A stretch of DNA of 30,197 nucleotides from a virus (Duplodnaviria > Caudoviricetes), in the IMG/VR virus record IMGVR_UViG_3300036446_000027, positions 1 through 30,197 of that record; one strand, 5' to 3'. A program made the position numbers and the translations under genes. How positions within the stretch are numbered: the first letter of the stretch is position 1; each line of letters opens with the position of its first letter. The notes under the pieces are model-generated. The model saw nothing but the letters and a program-made list of their open reading frames with translations. It made no database searches and was not told the origin of the DNA. Positions 18,598 to 26,076 of this stretch are shown piece by piece.

Positions 18598-18615
18598 AAC
18601 GAAATTAAAGAATTT

Positions 18616-19158
18616 ATGGCAAGCATTGCAGCGCGAATCAAAAATACTCAGGCGGCGGTCTCCCGGTATGCACAGCTGGAGTACCCTGCCATTGCCGGAA
18701 AGGCTGCACTTCGGTTCATCGACGACAACTTTCGAAATGCCTCCTGGGAAGGAGTGCCCTGGAAGAGAAGGAAGATTCTAGACCGGGGGCGCGCACTATT
18801 GGTCAAACGAGCCGTTTTAAGGCGCTCTTTTCGCTACCAGGCTATGAATGCCGCTGCAAGAATCTTTACCGATGTAAAGTACGCCAGAGCGCATAACGAA
18901 GGCTTTCGGGGTACGGTTAATGTCGAGGGCCATTCGCGCCGAACGTTCGGCAAATTCCGGGCTTCGTCCGTTTCGACCCAGCGGTCTCGGGTGATCCGAA
19001 CTGAGAGCGGGCAGCTTTCTGTGAAAGGCCATACCAGGAACATGAACATCCCGAGAAGACAATTCATGCCGACCGCTCTTCGCCAAAGCCCGACACTTAA
19101 CAACAGCATCAAACGTCAGGTAACAGTGGGCCTGATGAAAATTCTTAAACGAACTTAG
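18616..19158 (+). CDS. Virion morphogenesis protein (Mu gpG / P2 gpS-like)
   Basis: PWKRRK...ALLVKRAVLRRS...YARAHNEG...IPRRQFM. Confidence 0.85.
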   Translation: MASIAARIKNTQAAVSRYAQLEYPAIAGKAALRFIDDNFRNASWEGVPWKRRKILDRGRALLVKRAVLRRSFRYQAMNAAARIFTDVKYARAHNEGFRGTVNVEGHSRRTFGKFRASSVSTQRSRVIRTESGQLSVKGHTRNMNIPRRQFMPTALRQSPTLNNSIKRQVTVGLMKILKRT

Positions 19159-19160
19159 AT

Positions 19161-19682
19161 ATGCTCACCTCTCCTTTTGGCAACCTGTTTCTAGCCTTAC
19201 AGCAGCGAATCACAACGGTCGTGCCTGACATCAAATGGATCGACCAGGACCTCGGCCAGCTGGAAGACTATAAACCCGGTTTTCGGCCTGCCGTCCTTTG
19301 GCCATGCGTTCTGATCGACTTTGACGAATGGGAATGGGAGGAGAACAACAATGGTGTTCAGCGGGGAACCGGCTTCATTGTCCTTCGCCTGGGCCTGCCA
19401 CCATTTACAGCCTCAAATCAGGCCACTCCTTTGCCTCAAAAGGAAAGCGCCCTTCAGTACTACGAGATCGAAAAGAAGCTCCATGCGGCCCTGCACGGCT
19501 GGTCAGACGGGGTATTTGACCGGATGCTTCGGCGAACCTCTCTGACAGAAAAAAGAGGGGAAGACAATCTTCGCGTACGTGTGTTAAAATATATTTCGTC
19601 GGTAACTGACACCGGCGCGATGCCTGCAAAACAGCGAGTCCCGCGCCCAGAGCCGGTTGTAGGCAGCGACATGGTTGAGTAA
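19161..19682 (+). CDS. Mu gp37-like neck / tail terminator protein
   Basis: IKWIDQDLGQLE...PAVLWPCVLIDF...LHAALHGW; last gene of the head-completion block. Confidence 0.7.
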   Translation: MLTSPFGNLFLALQQRITTVVPDIKWIDQDLGQLEDYKPGFRPAVLWPCVLIDFDEWEWEENNNGVQRGTGFIVLRLGLPPFTASNQATPLPQKESALQYYEIEKKLHAALHGWSDGVFDRMLRRTSLTEKRGEDNLRVRVLKYISSVTDTGAMPAKQRVPRPEPVVGSDMVE

Positions 19683-19724
19683 ATGAGCGTTTTTACTGGT
19701 AAAAAAAGGGAAGTTTGTGGGTAC

Positions 19725-20069
19725 TTATTCGCAGGTTTTGGTCATTAGGACAGACCAATTCATCCAGGGATAAAGGCTTTTAAGCAGCTTTACGGCGGGC
19801 TTTTCTTCAATGATTTGCTTCAGATCGGCAGTCTTTTGAGTAAGGCAAATGACGATTCTGCTTTCCGATAGGTCGAACTCTTCGTTCAGACGTGAAATGG
19901 CTTCCTGGTACGTGAAGCGCTGAATGCGGATGTAGAAGTAATAGCGATAAAGGAGCCGTTTGTCTCGCTTGGAGATCAAGTCTTTGCTGCGCCCAATCGT
20001 CGGGTTCTTTATCTGGGGCGTGGCGGGGTTCTGTAAGAGGTTGTTGAACAGGCTATATTGCCCACGCAT
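19725..20069 (-). CDS. Mor/C-like transcriptional activator candidate
   Basis: GRSKDLISKRDKRLLYRYYFY...AISRLNEEFDLSESRI resembles the Mor C-terminal HTH; lies at the early/late boundary; probable ATG at 20069. Confidence 0.6.
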   Translation of the reverse strand: MRGQYSLFNNLLQNPATPQIKNPTIGRSKDLISKRDKRLLYRYYFYIRIQRFTYQEAISRLNEEFDLSESRIVICLTQKTADLKQIIEEKPAVKLLKSLYPWMNWSVLMTKTCE

Positions 20070-20118
20070 GAATGCAAGTATAATAATAGGTTTCAACAGA
20101 TTATAAAAACTTTATTGA

Positions 20119-20143
20119 CAAAAGCCCCGCATTTTGCGGGGCT
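20119..20143 (-). terminator. Intrinsic terminator ending the early transcript region
   Basis: Minus strand AGCCCCGCA-AAA-TGCGGGGCT-TTTG, a perfect 9-bp stem 12 nt after the 20156 stop. Confidence 0.8.
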
Positions 20144-20155
20144 AAGGGTTTCTCT

Positions 20156-20392
20156 TTAAGGCTGAAAGGCTTTCGATAGCTGTCGCTCATCAGGAAGAAG
20201 CGATTCCAGTAGGTTCAGAAGCGAAACGCTCCCTTCTTTCGCGTCCTGCCTGGTGGCTGCGGGACATTCCATTTGAAATCGGACACTGCTGACAATTCCT
20301 AGGATCAGGGCTTGGTGTGTGGCCTCGGGACAGGCGCACGGCAGGCAAATCTGGAGGCTGCTTTCTCCATAGTGTACGTTCTTGTGTTCCAT
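20156..20392 (-). CDS. Hypothetical protein
   Basis: 78 aa ORF with ATG, followed by a terminator. Confidence 0.6.
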   Translation of the reverse strand: MEHKNVHYGESSLQICLPCACPEATHQALILGIVSSVRFQMECPAATRQDAKEGSVSLLNLLESLLPDERQLSKAFQP

Positions 20393-20436
20393 TGACCTTA
20401 CGATTTAGATGTTGAACCATCCAATCAATTTACAGT

Positions 20437-20459
20437 AAAACCCCTCCACGAGGGAGGGG
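20437..20459 (-). terminator. Terminator-like hairpin after the membrane protein gene
   Basis: Minus strand CCCCTCC-CTCGT-GGAGGGG-TTTT. Confidence 0.6.
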
Positions 20460-20494
20460 AAAAACACCGTACGAAATAAGAAAAAGACTGCTTA

Positions 20495-20905
20495 TTAGTC
20501 GTTCATATGGCTGTACCTGATCAGAGTACCATCAGGCAATGCCCATCCTTTTGCGCCGCCACGAATGACGCCTCCAAATGCGTTTTTTGCTCTGTACTGC
20601 ATCATGATTACTACAGTGTCCTTCAGATCCCAGAATACTGTATTGTCGTGCTCAAAGCTCTCCGGATCATTGAGATCCCCCTTCACGTATTTGACAAGTT
20701 CGTGATGGCTTCCATCCCAGGAACTAAATGCCTTTTCAATGTACTCTCTTCGGTCGGCGCTGTCTTGCTGTGTTTTCGTAAGCGGTGGCGCTCCGTCATC
20801 GGTTGCAACGCTGATCATCCAGACAAAAAGGATGAGGACGACCAGTGAAACGATGCAGCCAGCGGTGTTTACTTTTTTCTTTGGCGTGGGTTGTTGTGAG
20901 TTCAT
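20495..20905 (-). CDS. Membrane-anchored hypothetical protein
   Basis: KKK followed by TM segment CIVSLVVLILFVWMISVA, then LNDPESFEH...YRAKNAFGG domain. Confidence 0.8.
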   Translation of the reverse strand: MNSQQPTPKKKVNTAGCIVSLVVLILFVWMISVATDDGAPPLTKTQQDSADRREYIEKAFSSWDGSHHELVKYVKGDLNDPESFEHDNTVFWDLKDTVVIMMQYRAKNAFGGVIRGGAKGWALPDGTLIRYSHMND

Positions 20906-20928
20906 GATGTGTGTGAGATTATTGATGA

Positions 20929-21339
20929 TTAAAGATTGCTCAAGTAATGCTTGTAAGGTCCGTGTTCAAACTGGGTTACAAGCTTGGGCAATTCTTCATA
21001 GGTATAATCATTCAACCGCTTCTTAAGATATGAATATTTCACGCACCAGCTATCGACGCTCTTGATATCGATTTTCCATTCTCCGTTAATTAGCGTGTGC
21101 CATCCCATCTCATGAGCGAAGCTTAGTATCTTTTTGCGCATCTTTTCAGCTCCACTTATGGTTGGATTAAGCGACTTCAAATGTTCAATGATCCTTTCCG
21201 CTTCCTGGTAGGTCAGCTCTCTGCTGCTTTCGGTTCTTCCGCCACTGATGTCGCGGATCATTTCGCGCTTAAACTGCATAGTGCCGGTGCTGCTCAGCAG
21301 TGCATGCAGCGTCTTTAGTTGATAAGGTTGAATCTTCAT
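20929..21339 (-). CDS. GemA / Mu gp16 (DUF1018)-like protein
   Basis: QLKTLHALL...GRTESSRELTYQEAERIIEHLK...KMRKKILSFAHEMGW; the start may instead be 21366. Confidence 0.6.
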   Translation of the reverse strand: MKIQPYQLKTLHALLSSTGTMQFKREMIRDISGGRTESSRELTYQEAERIIEHLKSLNPTISGAEKMRKKILSFAHEMGWHTLINGEWKIDIKSVDSWCVKYSYLKKRLNDYTYEELPKLVTQFEHGPYKHYLSNL

Positions 21340-21356
21340 CACAGAAACGTTTTTTG

Positions 21357-21782
21357 TTATTTCCATTCGCTTTCCCACATGCGGTTCTTCAGGTAGGTAT
21401 CTGGATCGGCCTTTGACTTCCACTGATGCTTTTGTAAATGCTTTTCGTACAGCTTGTGACCAAAGAAGGCAGCGATTTGATCAGCCTTCGCAAGCCTGTC
21501 CCAGATTACTTCACAGCGTTTCTTGTTGTGCTTTTGGTTGTACGTGTTCCAAAACTCTTCAAAGGTGATTTGGTAATCCTGCGATACAATCGTCACCTGA
21601 GTGCCAGTAAATGCTTCGGCAAGTAGGTTCTCCGTTATAGGACACTTTTCTTTAAATGCGTGCGCCTGTTTGGCTGTAAGGGTTGCAGACGTCAGATCAA
21701 TTTTCACTAGTTGCGATTGCGAATCGTATACAACAACCGCTTGGCCGACAAATGCAGGTGAAGTGATCGTATACTGTTTCAT
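21357..21782 (-). CDS. Hypothetical protein with a replication-protein-like C-terminal domain
   Basis: FEEFWNTYNQKHNKKRCEVIWDRL...PDTYLKNRMWE resembles phage replication initiator C-termini. Confidence 0.7.
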   Translation of the reverse strand: MKQYTITSPAFVGQAVVVYDSQSQLVKIDLTSATLTAKQAHAFKEKCPITENLLAEAFTGTQVTIVSQDYQITFEEFWNTYNQKHNKKRCEVIWDRLAKADQIAAFFGHKLYEKHLQKHQWKSKADPDTYLKNRMWESEWK

Positions 21783-21788
21783 TGGACA

Positions 21789-21995
21789 TTAAAAGTTTAG
21801 GATAGTAACCTGGTGATTTCTGGTGAAGTAATTAGGGTGGACCTTGCCAACCTGCATCGCTTTCACCTTCGCACGCTGCTTGTACTTTTTGAGGAGCTTG
21901 TAGATGTGCTTTTGCTCGTCATTGGTAAAGCAGAACTTCTGCTCAGGCTGCACATCAAATAGCCGTTGACTCGGTTTCGGGTTCGTTTGGTTCAT
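21789..21995 (-). CDS. Small hypothetical protein
   Basis: Probable ATG at 21995 (MNQTNPKPSQRLFDV...), filling the gap between neighbouring genes. Confidence 0.5.
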   Translation of the reverse strand: MNQTNPKPSQRLFDVQPEQKFCFTNDEQKHIYKLLKKYKQRAKVKAMQVGKVHPNYFTRNHQVTILNF

Positions 21996-22668
21996 CGTAA
22001 TTGATTTCAGATTGTTCCGATTGCTTCTTGTGCTTTTTGCCTTTGAGTGATTGGAACTTCTTTCCCCAGTACTGCTTTGCACCTTCTTCCCAAATGATGA
22101 AATTCTTATTGCCTCCATAACGACTCGTAACAAAGCCAATGAATCCTTCCACACGCACTTTGATATTTGCATCGAATCGAATTTTATCAGCACACGTTCC
22201 GGCGGGCTCTTTGCCTCTTGCATGGCTGATGAAAATGAAAATCTTCTTCTTGAATTTTTCTTTGAGGCGTTTATAATCGTTATAGGCAATTCCACTGTAC
22301 TGCACACTATCGATCACAACAATCTTCGGACTCTTCTTCCTGGAAAGGCGCTCGACCAATTGATCAAATGGTTCGTTATCCAACAGCCGAATTTTACCGT
22401 GTATCTCTTCGAGGCCATGACGTAAAAACAAATCCTGCATCGTCTTTCCGTGGCCTTCTTCGTGACTGTTGTAAAGTATCGTTGCAAACCGGCTGAGTTC
22501 CTTACACAGCTGAATGGTGAAATTTGTTTTTCCCTGACCGCTCAGTGCCCAGATGATCATTGTAAAGTGATCGTCTACGTCACCGAAGCTTTGTTTGAAT
22601 TTATCTGATAGTTCTAAAGAGTTGTACTTCTTAGCAAGCAGTTCTTTGACGCTTAAGGCTCGTGCCAT
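21955..22668 (-). CDS. RecA-fold (RadA/Sms-like) P-loop ATPase
   Basis: Start MARALSVKELL; Walker A ALSGQGKT; LYNSHEEG; Walker B IVVIDSVQ. Confidence 0.85.
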   Translation of the reverse strand: MARALSVKELLAKKYNSLELSDKFKQSFGDVDDHFTMIIWALSGQGKTNFTIQLCKELSRFATILYNSHEEGHGKTMQDLFLRHGLEEIHGKIRLLDNEPFDQLVERLSRKKSPKIVVIDSVQYSGIAYNDYKRLKEKFKKKIFIFISHARGKEPAGTCADKIRFDANIKVRVEGFIGFVTSRYGGNKNFIIWEEGAKQYWGKKFQSLKGKKHKKQSEQSEINYDEPNEPETESTAI

Positions 22669-22714
22669 TAGAGTGAATATTGGTTTGTATTTAAGGGATA
22701 GTGGGATCATGTGC

Positions 22715-23302
22715 CTACAAGCTGACGCCGACTGTTTGCTCGATCTGGATGTCAAAATGTTTTCTGTATATCCATGAGAACTGCACACGCGCTTCTGCGG
22801 GTGTCAGAATGCAGTTCACGCCAAAGTGAGTCACCATCTGTCTCCATGATTCCTCTTCGTTTTTCATGAAGGCACCGTGCTCGATGATCAGAGCTTCAAC
22901 GTCGTACTTTTTCACTGCAAGAAGCTTTTGATGATCGAGTCCGAACCTCTGTGCGATCAGTTGATTGAACTGGCTTTCGATATCGTCGTATACATCACCG
23001 AGCATAACCTTCAGCGGCTTGATAACATCACCGACATAAGCTTCAGCAGCGTCGTGCAGCAGTGCTTCTTTTTTTAGTTCATCGGGAGCAAGCGAGTATA
23101 CCAGCAGGCTGTGTTGAAGGACAGAATAAAAGCTTGATGTGTGCGCACCGAATCTGCACATCTGAGAGAGTGCATGAATGATGTCGCCGATTTGAATCAT
23201 ATCAACTGTTGGATCAACCAAATTGATCTTCGTGCCCGACCGGGCGTTGAACACGCCGTCGTAACAATGTGTTACCGGGTGCATTTGCTGTAGTGTTTGC
23301 AT
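22715..23302 (-). CDS. HD-domain phosphohydrolase (YfbR-like deoxynucleotidase family)
   Basis: DIIHALSQMCRFGAH..FYSVLQHS...ALLHDAAEAYVGDV..PLK. Confidence 0.88.
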   Translation of the reverse strand: MQTLQQMHPVTHCYDGVFNARSGTKINLVDPTVDMIQIGDIIHALSQMCRFGAHTSSFYSVLQHSLLVYSLAPDELKKEALLHDAAEAYVGDVIKPLKVMLGDVYDDIESQFNQLIAQRFGLDHQKLLAVKKYDVEALIIEHGAFMKNEEESWRQMVTHFGVNCILTPAEARVQFSWIYRKHFDIQIEQTVGVSL

Positions 23303-23359
23303 CTAGTGAGTTTTAATGATGATTGGAATAAGTGCCGGCCTGTTCCCGGCAGTCATATT

Positions 23360-23575
23360 TTACCGTTTTGCGTTTTTGAGTCGGGCCTTTTTTTCCTCTA
23401 ACTCCTGGTATCGCTGGTCAATCCATAACTCGGTTTTCATTTCTTCCTGCTTTTGTTGATGATCCAGCTTGTCGTGTTTCATCCTCATGTGAAATATGAG
23501 CATATCCCACGCAATGCACAACGATAAGAGGAGCAGAAGTCCAAGTGTGGAGGCGATTGTTTGAATGTCACTCAT
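23360..23575 (-). CDS. Small single-pass membrane protein
   Basis: IASTLGLLLLLSLCIAWDMLIF followed by a charged tail. Confidence 0.6.
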   Translation of the reverse strand: MSDIQTIASTLGLLLLLSLCIAWDMLIFHMRMKHDKLDHQQKQEEMKTELWIDQRYQELEEKKARLKNAKR

Positions 23576-23577
23576 CG

Positions 23578-24219
23578 TTACTGAGGTTTGATGCTTGAGA
23601 AATTAAGGTCAATATGCTGGTACTCGCCGGACTCATCACGCACCCACACACGGAAATACGTGCGGCTCTCAGGTCTGCTGATACTCTTATCGATCAACTC
23701 CATTGCCTCTTCCCACTTCTCCTTTATGTGAGTCTTCGTAATCCTGCTAGTGTGCTTCTTGAGGCTTAGAATGCGTCGCGTATCGAGCCTGCCCGAACTG
23801 GTCTGAAATGCATCCATAACAATTGTCTTGATGAAGTCATCACCAGAAACATTTTCATTGATCAGCTTCATCAGCTTCTCCTTCGCCGCATCGATCAGGG
23901 TTTCATCAAATCGAATTATCTCACTGGCATCTACCTGAATTTTGATACTCTGATCGAAGTTGTACCAGGTGTAGTTTCCCTTCGTGTCCGTCTTGACTTT
24001 GTTGTCCTCTCGAATCGCTTCGATGACGGCGTTGCAGGCCGCGATAACGTAGCCCTTGAAGTCGCCGAGTACACGGTTCAGAGAAATTGCACGCATGGCA
24101 AGACTGTAGGCCGTCTTTTCTTTCAAACGTTCGCTTTTCTTAACACGTGAGAAAGGAATCTGTAGACCGGCTTCGTCTTTCCAAAATTTGTCGGTTGAGC
24201 TTTGTTTGCGGGGCGTCAT
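23578..24219 (-). CDS. DUF3164 family protein
   Basis: KGNYTWYNFDQSIKI...AFQTSSGRLDTRRILSL...SRTYFRVWVRDESGEYQHIDLNFS; family common in Mu-like phages. Confidence 0.82.
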   Translation of the reverse strand: MTPRKQSSTDKFWKDEAGLQIPFSRVKKSERLKEKTAYSLAMRAISLNRVLGDFKGYVIAACNAVIEAIREDNKVKTDTKGNYTWYNFDQSIKIQVDASEIIRFDETLIDAAKEKLMKLINENVSGDDFIKTIVMDAFQTSSGRLDTRRILSLKKHTSRITKTHIKEKWEEAMELIDKSISRPESRTYFRVWVRDESGEYQHIDLNFSSIKPQ

Positions 24220-24234
24220 GATGTTTTATAGGTA

Positions 24235-24447
24235 TTAATGAATGAGTAATTGAGTTTGCTTAGCGATGTACACCGACTGTAGCTCTTGGTTGGCTTCTTC
24301 GAGCTGTTGTCGATCTACCATAATTGTGAAGCGATCTTCAAAGCGGTACATGATGTCGTGAGCTATGACCAGCTGCTCGGTATTCGTACAGCTCTCGATA
24401 ATTCTCTTGACGAAATGCTTGTAGGGTTCAAAGAATTGGCTACGCAT
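24235..24447 (-). CDS. Hypothetical protein
   Basis: 70 aa ORF, co-directional in the early operon. Confidence 0.65.
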   Translation of the reverse strand: MRSQFFEPYKHFVKRIIESCTNTEQLVIAHDIMYRFEDRFTIMVDRQQLEEANQELQSVYIAKQTQLLIH

Positions 24448-24477
24448 GGGTTTGATTTTAGGGTGAAACGATATGGT

Positions 24478-24750
24478 TTAGGAAAGTGCGTTGAAGTTTA
24501 ATTGTTGCTCCGGATTGTCGCTAAGAGTCGGATCGTGGCGAAGAAACACAACGACACCTTTTGAAGCGAAGCGCCTTACTTCGGCCAAGTCGTTGCGACA
24601 TGTGGTGACTTTAATCGTTATCCCACGAGCGACCATTTTTCCATGATGCATAACCTGCCACACTGATTTCTTTTTATCTTTGAAGAAGTAAAATCTATCA
24701 TCCGGATCAAGGCAGTACAGGTGTGTAACACCTCGGCAGTTGAGGTTCAT
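24478..24750 (-). CDS. Hypothetical protein
   Basis: 90 aa; ATGA overlap with the upstream gene. Confidence 0.65.
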   Translation of the reverse strand: MNLNCRGVTHLYCLDPDDRFYFFKDKKKSVWQVMHHGKMVARGITIKVTTCRNDLAEVRRFASKGVVVFLRHDPTLSDNPEQQLNFNALS

Positions 24751-25742
24751 GCTGCCTGCTTTAGAAGGTCAAGAAGAACGTCACGCATCACCTGATACTT
24801 CCGCCTCTTACTTCCAGCAGCAGCAGCAGCATCAGCAGCAGCAGCATAAGCAGCATAAGCAGCATCAGCATAAGCAGCATAAGCAGCATCAGCAGCAGCA
24901 GCATAAGCAGCATAAGCAGCAGCAGCAGCAGCAGCATCAGCAGCAGCAGCATCAGCAGCAGCAGCATCAGCAGCAGCAGCATCAGCAGCATCAGCAGCAT
25001 CAGCATCAGCAGCAGCAGCATCAGCAGCAGCAGCATCAGCATCAGCAGCAGCAGCATCAGCAGCATCAGCATCAGCAGCAGCAGCATCAGCATCAGCAGC
25101 AGCAGCATCAGCAGCATCAGCATCAGCAGCAGCAGCATCAGCATCAGCAGCAGCAGCAGCAGCATCAGCATCAGCAGCAGCAGCATAAGCAGCATAAGCA
25201 GCAGCAGCAGCATCAGCAGCATCAGCAGCATCAGCATCAGCAGCATCAGCATAAGCAGCAGCAGCAGCTCTGCGCGCTTGATCGAATTTTTCAATTTCAA
25301 CCTTCTCCGTAAGAGACTTCTGGATCAGGTCAGCAACATCCTGTATCGCTTTTCTTTCGCTGTCCTTTTTTGCATGCCTGATCACTCCTTCCTTTTCATC
25401 TACAAGCAGCCATACCAAAAACTTCTTCCATACCGGTGTCAGGTCAACGCCTACAGGTATTGCTTCTAAAAATTGCAACGGAAAATCTTTCGCTTCTTCG
25501 TTGGACAAGCCTTCGAAAATTCTGTCTTCAAGTCGTGCAATGATGCGCGGAATGCCCAGTTCTGTTTCATACTTGGAATGGTCAGCGCCGTGTATTGTAC
25601 AGCCTACGGCGCAGCCTTTTCCATTGACCCAGTAATTCCCCTGGATGATCTGATCAGCAGCCTGATGGGCTTTGACGCGCGCGATGTAATGATCCTTGAT
25701 CGATTGTTGTCCGTGAAAGCTTAAGAGCGGTTTGTTGTCCAT
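24747..25742 (-). CDS. Hypothetical phage protein with a 151-residue Ala/Asp/Tyr tract
   Basis: Probable start MDNKPLLSFHGQ at 25742; globular N-terminal domain (YWVNGKGCAVGCTIH...ARLEDRIFEGL), then the repeat, then a short C-terminal helix coupled to the next gene. Confidence 0.85.
   Translation of the reverse strand: MDNKPLLSFHGQQSIKDHYIARVKAHQAADQIIQGNYWVNGKGCAVGCTIHGADHSKYETELGIPRIIARLEDRIFEGLSNEEAKDFPLQFLEAIPVGVDLTPVWKKFLVWLLVDEKEGVIRHAKKDSERKAIQDVADLIQKSLTEKVEIEKFDQARRAAAAAYADAADADAADAADAAAAAYAAYAAAADADAAAAAADADAAAADADAADAAAADADAAAADADAADAAAADADAAAADAAAADADAADAADAAAADAAAADAAAADAAAAAAAYAAYAAAADAAYAAYADAAYAAYAAAADAAAAAGSKRRKYQVMRDVLLDLLKQAA
24816..25268 (-). repeat. 453-bp trinucleotide-based coding repeat of GCT, GAT and TAT codons only
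   Basis: Plus strand reads as AGC/ATC/ATA triplets throughout. Confidence 0.97.
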
Positions 25743-25773
25743 GTGTGAGTGTATTGGTGTTTTAAATGATGAG

Positions 25774-26076
25774 TCAGCAGATGTGTTGATGAATAGAGTC
25801 GGTGATCTTTCGAAGCAGATTGCCTTCAAAGGAGTTTAGCGGAAGGGTGTTGTGATCGCTCCAATACAAGTACAGGGCGATGCTTTCACATGGGGTAAGA
25901 GATACCGTATACTTGGTTCTGCGATGAATGGCCTGCGTGTACATCTTCTTGTGTATCGTAGCAAGCACAGCGATGACGAGCTTGTCGTGCAGATCGCGGC
26001 CTGTCGTGGTGAACACAATGACCTTGAGCAGCTCGTAGAGCGTCATGAATTCGTTATATGATAGCTTCAATCGCAT
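25774..26076 (-). CDS. Hypothetical protein
   Basis: 100 aa ORF, co-directional in the early operon. Confidence 0.7.
   Translation of the reverse strand: MRLKLSYNEFMTLYELLKVIVFTTTGRDLHDKLVIAVLATIHKKMYTQAIHRRTKYTVSLTPCESIALYLYWSDHNTLPLNSFEGNLLRKITDSIHQHIC

Noticed and set aside
18520-18600. tRNA gene in the gap after MuF
   Set aside because: A GTTCA is present, but I could not build a cloverleaf with D arm, anticodon arm and acceptor stem. It is kept only as a generic sRNA candidate.
21996-22307. Long N-terminal extension of ORF 21789..22307 (similar extensions on 21955..22788, 26054..26671 and 24747..25829)
   Set aside because: These are longest-ORF artefacts overlapping upstream genes. 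Downstream ATGs fit gene packing better.
23333-23351. Hairpin TGCCGG-CCTGTTC-CCGGCA sharing ACAGG/CCTGT with sequences near 6974 and 18542
   Set aside because: The shared 5-8 nt match is too short and inconsistent in orientation to support a common motif.
24816-25268. Repeat tract as a CRISPR array
   Set aside because: It has no repeat-spacer periodicity or unique spacers, and no cas genes are present.
24740-25312. Poly-Gln/His ORF (plus strand) and poly-Leu/Met ORF (24788..25300, minus strand)
   Set aside because: Both are alternative-frame shadows of the trinucleotide repeat. Only the Ala/Asp/Tyr frame joins a globular domain and fits the operon's translational coupling.
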